Assembly: GCA_945878575.1 (NCBI GenBank)
Contig: CAMDUB010000009.1
Span: 87-64,086 of the forward strand
From: Phycisphaera mikurensis NBRC 102666
Lineage (GTDB): Bacteria > Planctomycetota > Phycisphaerae > Phycisphaerales > SM1A02
Direction of reading: 5' to 3'
DNA length: 64,000 nt
The notes under the pieces are model-generated. The model was not told the DNA's origin. It searched no databases and saw only the letters and a program-made list of their open reading frames with translations. Positions 1-9,011 of this stretch are shown here, in pieces; the stretch's first letter is position 1, and each line of letters begins with the position of its first letter. A program made the translations under genes and the position numbers.

Positions 1-2341
1 GCACCAGTTTCGCGTACTCCAGCACCAGCGTCTTCACGCCCACAGTGCGGAATGACACACGCGCGCTGGTGACACTGCCGCGCGGCAAGATCGCTTGCAC
101 AGTGCCGGTGCCGAAGAGCGGATGACGCACCATGCAGCCAACCGGAAACTGGGCGCCGAGGCCGCGCGGCTTGTCAAACTCGTCTGCCCACGGCTCGTCG
201 ATGCCGTCCGAGCCTTCTCCAGAGCCGTCGCCGCTGCCGTCCATCCAACTGGATGCCAAGTCAGTGCGTTCAACATTTGCCTCTGAAAGTTCGCGCAGGA
301 ACTCGCTCTCCATCGCGCTCATGCGCATGCCGCGCACGGTGCGGCGCGCAGCGTGCGTCATCAAGAGCTGCCGCTTGGCGCGCGTCATGCCCACAAAGCA
401 AAGACGTCGCTCTTCTTCAATATCTTCATCACCTTCGCGCGCACGCATGTGTGGCAGCAGGCCTTCTTCGCAGCCGATCATGGTGACCATCTCAAACTCA
501 AGTCCCTTGGCAGCATGCAGCGTCATCAAAGTCACCGATCCAGCGTCGGAGTCATACGCATCGGAGTCCGCCACCAATGCCACGGATTGCAGGAACCCCT
601 GCAGCGCGCGTAACAATGTTGGAGGCGCGCCGGCAGGGTCATCCGGTAATTCAAAGTCGCCCGCGGCGTTGACGGTTTCGTCAAGATTGAGGCGTCGCTG
701 CTCTTGGTCATCGCCATCGGTGCCGTCGGCAAAGTCACGCAGGCCGCTTTCATCAAGCACCATTTCTACAAATGCAGCCAGCGCATCCGGCTCCCCCAGT
801 TCAATCACTTGTCGCCAGCGCGCCAGCATGGATACAAACTCATCAATCTTGCGCGCGGTGCGATCCGCAACGCCCGCCTCGCGCGCGAAACGCAGCGCCG
901 CAAGCATGGGAATTTGCTGAACAGCCGCAATGCGCTCAATGCGCGTGAGCGACGAATCACCAATGCCACGCGTGGGCACATTCACAATGCGACCGCACGC
1001 AACATCGTCAGCAGCGTTCGCCACTAAGCGCAGGTACGCCATCAAGTCTTTGACTTCCTTGCGGTCATAGAACGCAGTGCCGCGCACAATGCGGTACGGA
1101 ATCTGCCTGCGGCGCAGTGCATCTTCCACCACGCGACTGAGCGCGTTCATTCGGTAGAGCACCGCAATTTCTTTCCACGGCGTGCCCGCTGCATTGGCCG
1201 TCACGATGGCCTTGGCCACTTCGTCGGACTCAGCGTGCTCATCCGCCGCGCGCAATACGCGGACCTTCTCACCCGCGCCTTGCCCCGTATAGAGCGGCTT
1301 CGCCTTACGACGCTTGTTGTGCCGAATCAGCGCGTCGGCCGCGGCCACTACATGTTCCGTCGAACGAAAGTTCTCACCGAGCGCCACCGTGACAGCGCCA
1401 TCAAAGCACGCCTCAAATTCAAGGATGTTTCGAATGTCCGCACCGCGCCAGCGATAGATCGACTGATCCGGATCGCCCACCACGCAGATGTTCCGATGCC
1501 CACCAGCGATGTTGCGCGCGATAGCAAACTGCGCGCGATTGGTGTCCTGGTATTCGTCGATCAACACATAGCGGTAGCGCCCCGCGGCGATCGCGCGCAG
1601 TGAGTCATTCGTGCCCAAACTGATGGCGGTGCGCATGAGTAGATCATCAAAGTCGAGCGCCTTGTTGCGCTGCAGGATCTTCTCGTACGCCTCGTAGGCC
1701 TTGGCAACTTGACGCGCTGCAAAATCACCGGCTGCCTCACGGAACGCGGCTGCGTCTACCAGTTGATTCTTCGCAGTGCTGATCTTTGAAAGCACCGCAG
1801 CAGGCTGGAAGTTCTTCGTATCAAGCCCCGCTTCCACGATCGCGCTCTTCATTGCTGAACGCTGATCGTCGGCGTCGTAGATCACAAAGTCCGGGTCAAC
1901 GCCGCAATCCACTGCATGACGGCGAAGGAACATCGCGCAGAATGCATGGAAGGTGCTAACCACCAGTCCGCGTCGACCGGGTACATCAATTGGAATCATT
2001 GACTCCACACGATGCTTCATTTCGCCAGCAGCTTTGTTGGTGAACGTCAGCGCCAAGATCTGCCACGCAGGAATGCCCAGCGCCACTAAACGCGCCACGC
2101 GGCGGGTGATGACGCGCGTCTTTCCAGAGCCGGGGCCAGCCAGAACCAGGAGCGGTCCATCAACATGGGCAACGGCGATGCGCTGGTCTTCGGTGAGTCC
2201 TTCCAGGAGCGCGTCGGCATCAAGTTCCGGAATCACCGGTTCAGGTGCCTGCTCCGGTGCTGATCTATCAGCCGCAGATTGTGCTGATTTGTAGCCTGTT
2301 TGTGCGACTTTTAGTGGGGTCGGTAATTCGGGAAACAGCAT
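1..2341 (-). CDS. uvrD: UvrD/PcrA-family ATP-dependent DNA helicase (3' end runs off the window)
   Basis: Absent from the ORF track because it has no stop in the window. Reverse translation from ATG at 2341 gives MLFPELPTPL...DGPLLVLAGPGSGKTRVITRRVA (helicase motif I/Walker A near 2100-2160). In my hand translation of both ends the frame reaches nt 2 with ...VSFRTVGVKTLVLEYAKLV, a UvrD/PcrA-type C-terminus; the middle was not translated. Confidence 0.85.
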   Translation of the reverse strand, partial: MLFPELPTPLKVAQTGYKSAQSAADRSAPEQAPEPVIPELDADALLEGLTEDQRIAVAHVDGPLLVLAGPGSGKTRVITRRVARLVALGIPAWQILALTFTNKAAGEMKHRVESMIPIDVPGRRGLVVSTFHAFCAMFLRRHAVDCGVDPDFVIYDADDQRSAMKSAIVEAGLDTKNFQPAAVLSKISTAKNQLVDAAAFREAAGDFAARQVAKAYEAYEKILQRNKALDFDDLLMRTAISLGTNDSLRAIAAGRYRYVLIDEYQDTNRAQFAIARNIAGGHRNICVVGDPDQSIYRWRGADIRNILEFEACFDGAVTVALGENFRSTEHVVAAADALIRHNKRRKAKPLYTGQGAGEKVRVLRAADEHAESDEVAKAIVTANAAGTPWKEIAVLYRMNALSRVVEDALRRRQIPYRIVRGTAFYDRKEVKDLMAYLRLVANAADDVACGRIVNVPTRGIGDSSLTRIERIAAVQQIPMLAALRFAREAGVADRTARKIDEFVSMLARWRQVIELGEPDALAAFVEMVLDESGLRDFADGTDGDDQEQRRLNLDETVNAAGDFELPDDPAGAPPTLLRALQGFLQSVALVADSDAYDSDAGSVTLMTLHAAKGLEFEMVTMIGCEEGLLPHMRAREGDEDIEEERRLCFVGMTRAKRQLLMTHAARRTVRGMRMSAMESEFLRELSEANVERTDLASSWMDGSGDGSGEGSDGIDEPWADEFDKPRGLGAQFPVGCMVRHPLFGTGTVQAILPRGSVTSARVSFRTVGVKTLVLEYAKLV

Positions 2342-2756
2342 GCGCGGGGCCTCCTTGCGGTGCGCGAAAGCGCTCAGTGCGCCAGTCGACTTGGCGAGTC
2401 TAGGAGACAGGCATCGACATGCTGTCCACAGGCCGGATTCGCTGACTGAACACAATTAAATAAACATAAATCGTGAGCCGAGACAGACTTGCAGCGCGCT
2501 CACACGAAAGTCAATAAAAACGATGCGAACAGGGGTTGCAACCACAACAGGTAGGGGTACCATGAGCGCCACGCCCAAGCGTTGGTAGTGCTTGGACGAA
2601 GGAATGATACCAAACAGAATGCGAACAGCGGTTCAAATTTCTGTTTAGGTGGTGAGAAAGTCAGACGGTGTGCGCGCCGGTGTTGCCAGTGTCGTGGGTT
2701 GAAGTTGAAGTGAAGCATTTGACGGACCAGGAAGGTCCGAGTCAAGGGGTTGGACG

Positions 2757-3362
2757 ATGAGCATTCTTTGTGACACGCAGATCCGTGATTCCGTGCGGAT
2801 CGTCCCCTTCGCTGACAACGCGAAGCGCCCCGGAACAGTCTCCTTCGGCGTCTCCAGCTACGGCTACGACGTTCGAGTGGGAACAAAGTTCAAAGTCTTC
2901 ACCAACGCCACCAGCGGCGGCACCGCCATCGTTGACCCGAAGAACTTTTCGAACGACCTCTTCATCGCCATCGACACCGCCGAAACCGGCCGCGACCACA
3001 TTGTGATCCCGCCGAATTCGTTCGCCCTTGCCGAGACCGTCGAGACCATTGATGTTCCGCGCGACGTCCTTGCCATCTGCGTTGGCAAGAGCACCTACGC
3101 CCGCTGCGGCATCATTGTGAATGTCACGCCGCTTGAGCCAGAATGGCGCGGCAAGGTCACCATCGAAATCAGTAACACCACGCCGCTTCCAGCCAAGATT
3201 TACGCCAATGAAGGCATCGCCCAAATGATCTTCTTGCGAGCCGAGAACGTCTGCGCCGTGAGTTACGCAGACAAGCGCGGTAAGTATCAAGATCAAACCG
3301 GCCTGACACTCCCGCGCGTCGACGGACTTCCGTTCGGCGACAGCACTCCAAATCATCAGTAA
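2757..3362 (+). CDS. dcd: dCTP deaminase
   Basis: 201-aa [34 protein letters not shown] and [10 protein letters not shown] fit the dCTP deaminase (dUTPase-fold) family. It lies directly upstream of the ribonucleotide reductase gene. Confidence 0.85.
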   Translation: MSILCDTQIRDSVRIVPFADNAKRPGTVSFGVSSYGYDVRVGTKFKVFTNATSGGTAIVDPKNFSNDLFIAIDTAETGRDHIVIPPNSFALAETVETIDVPRDVLAICVGKSTYARCGIIVNVTPLEPEWRGKVTIEISNTTPLPAKIYANEGIAQMIFLRAENVCAVSYADKRGKYQDQTGLTLPRVDGLPFGDSTPNHQ

Positions 3363-3481
3363 GACACGAACCCAGGACTCCGCGCTCCTACGGGCGCGGT
3401 GCCGCCCCGTCACGAACACAGATCCTGAAACCATGCACGCAGGCATCGCGTGCACCATCACGAGAGAGACACGGAATACCC

Positions 3482-6400
3482 ATGAGAATTGCACGACGCT
3501 TCACGACCGCTGGCAAGGACGTCTACGGAACCACCGAGTGGACCACCCGCTCAAGCCGCATCTCAAATTCGGACGGCAGTACCGTCTTTGAAATGCACGA
3601 TGCGCAGGTTCCTGCGTCATGGAGTCAGCTTGCCACGGACATCGTGGTCAGCAAGTACTTCCGCAAGGCCGGCGTGCCACAACTGAGCGCCGACGGTCGT
3701 CCTCTCAAGGATGCCGCGGGTAAGCCCGTTCTTGGACCAGAGCGCAGCGTTCGCCAAGTGGCACATCGCTTGGCCGGTTGCTGGCGCCACTGGGGCGAGA
3801 AGTTTGGCTACTTCACTGCCAAGAAGGACGCTGACGCTTTCTACGACGAACTCGCGCACATGCTGCTCAACCAGATGGCTGCGCCGAACAGCCCACAGTG
3901 GTTCAACACTGGCTTGAACTACGCCTACGGAATCAGCGGCCCTGCGCAGGGTCACTGGATCGCGGATCACAAGACTGGCAAAGTTGGCCTCGCCAAGGAT
4001 GCCTACACGCACCCGCAGCCGCACGCCTGCTTCATTCAGGGCGTCAAGGACGATCTAGTCGGCGAAGGCGGAATCATGGACCTGTGGACCCGCGAAGCGC
4101 GACTCTTCAAGTACGGCTCGGGCACCGGCACCAACTTCTCCAACGTCCGTGGTGAGAACGAACAACTCTCCGGTGGCGGTCGCAGTTCTGGACTGATGAG
4201 CTTCCTGAAGATCGGCGACCGCGCCGCAGGTGCAATCAAGTCCGGCGGCACCACGCGCCGCGCTGCCAAGATGGTCTGCCTGGATGTCAATCACCCTGAT
4301 ATTGAGAAGTTCGTCAACTGGAAGGTTCGTGAAGAAATCAAGGTCGCCGCGCTTGTTGAAGGCATGAAACTCCTGGCACCGAACCAGAAGGAACTGGCCG
4401 AGAAGTTTGGGCTCAAGCTCGATTACGACTTCAACGGCGAGGCCTACTACACCGTCAGCGGACAGAACTCCAACAACTCCGTGCGACTCTCTGATGAGTT
4501 CATGGATGCAGTGGAGGCCAACGGCGAGTGGACGTTGATTCGTCGCACCGATGGCAAGGTCGCCAAGACCCTCCCGGCTGTCGATCTGTGGAAGCAAATC
4601 AATGAGGCTGCGTGGCACTGCGCAGACCCTGGCATCCAGTACGACACCACCATCAACGCGTGGCACACTTGCCCGGAAGGCGGGCGCATCAACGCCAGCA
4701 ATCCATGCAGTGAGTACATGTTCCTGGACAACACCGCATGCAACTTGGCGTCCATCAACCTGCTCAAGTTCTATGACTCAGAGACGCGCACCTTCGACAT
4801 CGAGGGTTACGAGCACGCCATCAGTCTGTGGACCGTGGTCTTGGAAATCAGCGTGCTGATGGCCAGCTTCCCATCCAAGGAAATTGCTGAACTCAGTTGG
4901 AAGTACCGCACCCTTGGCCTCGGCTACGCCAACCTTGGCGCCATGCTGATGCAGGCTGGTATCCCCTACGACAGTGAAGCTGGTCGTGCAGTGTGCGGCG
5001 CGCTCAGTTCCATCCTGACCGGTCGTTCCTATGCAGCCAGTGCTGTGCTCGCTGCTGAGCACGGAACGTTCGATGGTTACAAGGAGAACAAGGAGCACAT
5101 GCTCCGCGTGATCCGCAATCATCGTCGCGCTGCGCAGGGTGTTGCCCGCGACAGTGGTCAGTACGAAGAAATGCGCATCGCGCCGGTTCCGATTGATCAT
5201 GCGGTGTTCACCGAAGGTCGCGTGACCATTTCCAATGCCAACGACATGCTCAGCCGCGCGGTTGCTGCATGGGACGATGCGCTGGCGTTCGGCAAGAAGC
5301 ACGGCTTCCGCAATGCGCAGGTCACGGTGATTGCACCAACTGGCACCATCGGACTGCTGATGGATTGCGATACCACTGGCGTGGAGCCGGACTTTGCGCT
5401 GACCAAGTTCAAGAAGCTTGCTGGCGGTGGTTACTTCAAGATCGCCAATCAGTCGCTGCGCCCCGCGCTGCAGGCACTCGCCTACACCGCTGTGCAGGTG
5501 GATGAAATTGTCACCCACGTCATGGGCACGCTCAGTCTGGAAGTTCCACTTCCAACCGAGGACGGCATCGTTCCATCGCACGGAACCACGTTCCGTGACT
5601 TTCTAATTCAGTCGGGTTACACCGGCGATGAGGTGGTGCAGATTGAGAACAGCCTGCCAACCGTCTTTGAGATCTCCTTCGCGTTCAGCGCATGGAGCAT
5701 GCCCGAGCGCATCTTGGCCGCTCACGGTATTGACGCCGTTGCTGCGCGTGCTGACCAGAAGTTCAATGGCCTCCGCGCCCTTGGTCTCAATCGCAAGCAG
5801 ATCGATGCACTGAACGTTCGCATCTGTGGAACGCAGACGGTGGAAGGCGCTCCGCACCTGAAGGACAAGCACCTTCCAGTGTTTGACTGCGCGAACCGTT
5901 GCGGCAACTTGGGCACACGTTTCATCGCGCCTCAGGGTCACATCCACATGATGGCCGCTGCGCAGCCGTTCATCTCGGGTGCAATCAGTAAGACCATCAA
6001 TCTTCCGAATGACGCGAATGTTGAAGACATTGGTGCGTGCTACCGCCTGAGCTGGGAACTTGGTCTCAAGGCCAACGCCCTGTATCGCGATGGTTGCAAG
6101 CTGAGCCAGCCGCTCAGCACCAAGAGCGATGCGTCTGACGAGCGTGAGGAAGAAGACACTGCTGGCTTGCCAGAAGTGGTCTCCACCACCACCTACGTTG
6201 ATCGCATTGTCGAGCGCGTGGTTGAAGTGGAGCGCGTGGTGGAGCGTGTTGTTGAGCGCCCGCGTCGTAGTCGTCTGCCGGACACTCGTCAGTCACTCAC
6301 CCACAAGTTCAACGTTGCTGGTCATGAGGGCTACTTGATCGTTGGTCTCTACGAAGACGGCACGCCAGGCGAACTGTTCATCACCATGGCGAAGGAAGGC

Positions 6401-7090
6401 TCCACCATTGGTGGGCTGATGGATTCGCTGGGAACCGCCATCAGTCTGGCACTGCAGTACGGCGTGCCGGTGGAGAGTATCGTCAACAAGTTTGCGCACC
6501 AGCGTTTTGAGCCAATGGGAATGACCACCAACTCGGACATTCCGTTTGCGAAGAGCTTGGTCGATTACATCTTCCGATGGCTCGGAATGCAATTCATCGA
6601 GGGCTATCGCGATCAGAACGCACCGCGTCGCACCAAGCCAGCGGAGATCTCCGGTGGTGGAATGAACGCACACGGGAACGCAGGAAGCGCCCCGATCAGT
6701 AACGCCGACGCCAAGGAGGCTGCATGGCAATCACGCTCAGGAATCACCACGCACGACGGATCGATCAGCGCTTCGTCGACGCAGGGCAGCGCGTCGCATT
6801 CCGTCCAGGCGAAGGCCGACGCACAAGAGATTCTTTCACGCCGTTCAATCTCGGTCGTTGTGGCAGAATCGATCGTCGATGGTTCGGATGGAGCGGACCC
6901 GATGTCACGCAAGTCAGTGAAAGAGACCGTCAAGGTCGGCGAAACGCGCGACACTGGCAACGCGCTTGACCAGTCCAACGCGCACCTCATGGGTGACGCT
7001 CCGGCCTGCGATGGTTGCGGATCGATCACCGTCCGCAACGGAACTTGCTACCGCTGCCTGAACTGCGGCAGTTCGATGGGCTGCTCCTGA
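3482..7090 (+). CDS. nrdJ: Adenosylcobalamin-dependent (class II) ribonucleotide reductase
   Basis: 1202-aa ORF with class II RNR core blocks (NPCSEYMFLDNTACNLASINL, TVIAPTGTIGLLMDCDTTGVEPDF, ISKTINLPND). It ends in the typical Cys-rich tail CDGCGSITVRNGTCYRCLNCGSSMGCS. Confidence 0.9.
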   Translation: MRIARRFTTAGKDVYGTTEWTTRSSRISNSDGSTVFEMHDAQVPASWSQLATDIVVSKYFRKAGVPQLSADGRPLKDAAGKPVLGPERSVRQVAHRLAGCWRHWGEKFGYFTAKKDADAFYDELAHMLLNQMAAPNSPQWFNTGLNYAYGISGPAQGHWIADHKTGKVGLAKDAYTHPQPHACFIQGVKDDLVGEGGIMDLWTREARLFKYGSGTGTNFSNVRGENEQLSGGGRSSGLMSFLKIGDRAAGAIKSGGTTRRAAKMVCLDVNHPDIEKFVNWKVREEIKVAALVEGMKLLAPNQKELAEKFGLKLDYDFNGEAYYTVSGQNSNNSVRLSDEFMDAVEANGEWTLIRRTDGKVAKTLPAVDLWKQINEAAWHCADPGIQYDTTINAWHTCPEGGRINASNPCSEYMFLDNTACNLASINLLKFYDSETRTFDIEGYEHAISLWTVVLEISVLMASFPSKEIAELSWKYRTLGLGYANLGAMLMQAGIPYDSEAGRAVCGALSSILTGRSYAASAVLAAEHGTFDGYKENKEHMLRVIRNHRRAAQGVARDSGQYEEMRIAPVPIDHAVFTEGRVTISNANDMLSRAVAAWDDALAFGKKHGFRNAQVTVIAPTGTIGLLMDCDTTGVEPDFALTKFKKLAGGGYFKIANQSLRPALQALAYTAVQVDEIVTHVMGTLSLEVPLPTEDGIVPSHGTTFRDFLIQSGYTGDEVVQIENSLPTVFEISFAFSAWSMPERILAAHGIDAVAARADQKFNGLRALGLNRKQIDALNVRICGTQTVEGAPHLKDKHLPVFDCANRCGNLGTRFIAPQGHIHMMAAAQPFISGAISKTINLPNDANVEDIGACYRLSWELGLKANALYRDGCKLSQPLSTKSDASDEREEEDTAGLPEVVSTTTYVDRIVERVVEVERVVERVVERPRRSRLPDTRQSLTHKFNVAGHEGYLIVGLYEDGTPGELFITMAKEGSTIGGLMDSLGTAISLALQYGVPVESIVNKFAHQRFEPMGMTTNSDIPFAKSLVDYIFRWLGMQFIEGYRDQNAPRRTKPAEISGGGMNAHGNAGSAPISNADAKEAAWQSRSGITTHDGSISASSTQGSASHSVQAKADAQEILSRRSISVVVAESIVDGSDGADPMSRKSVKETVKVGETRDTGNALDQSNAHLMGDAPACDGCGSITVRNGTCYRCLNCGSSMGCS

Positions 7091-7107
7091 GCCAATGAAC
7101 CACGCTC

Positions 7108-7146
7108 CATCATGCGGCGTGCCACGGAACGGCACGCCGCATGATG
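7108..7146 (+). terminator. Perfect 16-bp hairpin 18 nt after the nrdJ stop (no U-tract)
   Basis: Arms catcatgcggcgtgcc (7108-7123) and ggcacgccgcatgatg (7131-7146) with a 7-nt loop. No T-run follows on either strand, so terminator function is uncertain. Confidence 0.45.
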
Positions 7147-7527
7147 GGGCCAACTTCAATCGACGGTCGCCTCACGCATGGCTGCGTTGCGCACCGCCAG
7201 ACCCTCTGAAAGGAAGGTCAGGCTCATGAATCATGCGCCGTTGCACGGACTCCGACCCGTGCGCGGCGCGACAACAGACGCGATGGTGGCGAGTTCGTAA
7301 CAGCGTGACGGTCAGCGAGTGGATGGACCCTCCTTGCATGGCTGGATGAGCACGGATATCAGCGAACTTCGGCCCCCTCTCCTGGGAATGGATGCCCCCC
7401 GGCCGGCACACTGGCGCGCGCAAGCGCACACGTGCCGGGCGACCGGGAAGGGAGACCCGACGCCTCACGGCTCGCCCCATCGCGTCACTTTCAATGACGA
7501 AGCGCTTCGGCGCTCGTCGTTCCTCCC
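7147..7527 (+). ncRNA. Unassigned structured noncoding region (candidate sRNA, long nrdJ 3' UTR or leader)
   Basis: About 380 nt with no credible ORF. Stable local helices include CCGGCAC...GTGCCGG (about 7411-7438) and a UUCG-tetraloop hairpin gacga-a-gcgc-ttcg-gcgc-tcgtc (7496-7518). A strong + strand intrinsic terminator follows. Confidence 0.3.
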
Positions 7528-7575
7528 CCCCCTGCTGCGGAAGCCCACCCCCGCGGCAGGGGGAATTTGTTTTTG
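7528..7575 (+). terminator. Rho-independent terminator
   Basis: 13-bp stem ccccctgctgcgg / ccgcggcaggggg (one G-U pair) with loop aagcccaccc, followed by aatttgtttttg. It overlaps the ORF-track start at 7567, which argues for the later start at 7633. Confidence 0.7.
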
Positions 7576-7632
7576 CGCTGCGATGGCTGCTTTGCGTGCC
7601 GTGGGTGCCGCGGTTCCATACACTCATCGATC

Positions 7633-8223
7633 ATGCTGAACATCGCCACGACCCTTCGAATTTCCCCGGCGTGCGCGCTGTTTGCCCTGACCCTGACGGC
7701 GTGTGAGACCACTCCGGAGGCGCAGTCACTGGCACGCAAGGTCGACCTGGATACCGCGCCGCTTACGCACGTGGTGCTGGTGCAGTTGAAGGACCCATCG
7801 CGGGCCGCCGAGTTGGTTCAGGATTGCGACCGCGTCCTGCCGTCCATTGAGGGTGTTTCCGCGTACAGCTGCGGAGTGCCGCTCGTGATGGGTCGAACGA
7901 ATGTCACTAGCGATTACGACGTTGGCATCTACGTGGGGTTTCGGACCGAGGCCGCGTACCGAGACTATGTGGATCACCCCCGTCATTTAGAGATGGTGGA
8001 GGGCTGGCGCGAGGGCTGGAAGTCCGTGCGGATGTTTGACATTGTTGACGGAGTGCCGGCGGCGATGCCCGTCACGGTTGCACCGATTGCAGCCGACGCA
8101 GTGAAGCCGGTGAAGGTGGATGCGGCGAAGCCTGCGCCAGCCGCACCGGCCAAACCGAGCGGTACTGGCGCTGCTGCTCCAGCGCCGGCAGTCGCGCCGA
8201 CGGCGCCGATTGCCCCCAAGTAA
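7633..8223 (+). CDS. Dabb (stress-responsive alpha/beta-barrel) domain lipoprotein with Ala/Pro-rich tail
   Basis: In-frame ATG at 7633 gives the lipoprotein signal MLNIATTLRISPACALFALTLTAC. THVVLVQLKD...VGFRTEAAYRDYVDHPRHLEMV fits a Dabb domain. The C-terminus is a low-complexity A/P/K tail. Confidence 0.65.
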   Translation: MLNIATTLRISPACALFALTLTACETTPEAQSLARKVDLDTAPLTHVVLVQLKDPSRAAELVQDCDRVLPSIEGVSAYSCGVPLVMGRTNVTSDYDVGIYVGFRTEAAYRDYVDHPRHLEMVEGWREGWKSVRMFDIVDGVPAAMPVTVAPIAADAVKPVKVDAAKPAPAAPAKPSGTGAAAPAPAVAPTAPIAPK

Positions 8224-8258
8224 GGGCAAGTAAGGGGTGGTCTGCTCGCAGTACCGGC

Positions 8259-9008
8259 TTGCGGATCGCTACACTTCGATTCATGGCTATTGAAACCACG
8301 CTCCAGGCTCGCCAGAAATGGTGGAATATTTTGTACGCCGTGATCTGTGCGGTGCTGGGCGCATGGGGCGCCTACGACTATTGGGTCACCATTCCACGCA
8401 AGGAGGCGGAGGTTGCAGCCTATGAAGTGGCCGCCACCGCTGCTGAAGAGATGGAAGCGAAGGCGCGCGCAGCTGCCGCAGCGCCAGGCGCAGCACAAAC
8501 GCTCTCGGTGGAGGACGTCAAGGCGTACGAAGCCGCCAAGGCGGTGGTGGATAAGGGCAAGCCCGTTGCACCGGCCGCGTACGACCGCCCCGTGCAGATG
8601 TGGCTGTACATCATCGGATGCGGAGTGCTGGGCGTTCCGTGGTTCCTTTGGGAATGGCTCTCGTCTGCTAGTAAGAAATATCGCTTGAACGCGGATGGAT
8701 CGTTTGAATTCAATGGGCGCAGCATTCCCATGGAAGACATCGCTGACATCGACATGTCCAAGTGGATGTCCAAATCAGTTGCAACCGTCGTCGCAAAGGA
8801 CGGCACGCGCATTACGCTTGACGATTACAAGTTCAAGAATTCAAACCTGATCATCGGTGGGATCGCTGCGCGCTTGTATCCCAATGACTGGGATACCGAT
8901 GGCCGTGACTTGAATAAGATTCGTGCGCAGGAAGAAGCTGCGGCGGCTGCGGAGGCCGCAGCGGCGACCGAAGGCGCTGCGGAATCCACCACCGATAAGA
9001 CAGCCTGA
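8259..9008 (+). CDS. Hypothetical membrane protein
   Basis: 249-aa ORF with two hydrophobic helices (WWNILYAVICAVLGAWGAY; MWLYIIGCGVLGVPWFLW) and an acidic Ala-rich tail. No family recognised. An alternative start is at 8283. Confidence 0.55.
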   Translation: MRIATLRFMAIETTLQARQKWWNILYAVICAVLGAWGAYDYWVTIPRKEAEVAAYEVAATAAEEMEAKARAAAAAPGAAQTLSVEDVKAYEAAKAVVDKGKPVAPAAYDRPVQMWLYIIGCGVLGVPWFLWEWLSSASKKYRLNADGSFEFNGRSIPMEDIADIDMSKWMSKSVATVVAKDGTRITLDDYKFKNSNLIIGGIAARLYPNDWDTDGRDLNKIRAQEEAAAAAEAAAATEGAAESTTDKTA

Positions 9009-9011
9009 ACC

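Noticed and set aside
3363-3481. NrdR box or riboswitch in the nrdJ leader.
   Set aside because: Only a short GC hairpin is present (ccgcgc…gcgcgg). I find no AT-rich NrdR-box palindromes and no riboswitch core motifs.
7205-7460. Possible RNase P RNA (GAAAGGAAGGTCAGGCTC versus GAGGAAAGUCCGGGCUC; GUAACAG; CAGCGAACTTCGGC versus ACAGAACCCGGC) or cobalamin riboswitch (GGGAAT…CACACTGG…GGGAAGGGAGACCCGACGCC).
   Set aside because: The near-invariant RNase P CR-I sequence is not matched. The candidate P4 strands are not complementary, and the spacing between motifs is about half that expected. For the riboswitch, the conserved GGUG.AAA.CC hairpin between GGGAA and CACUG is missing. The resemblances are at the level expected by chance in GC-rich sequence, and cmscan would settle it.
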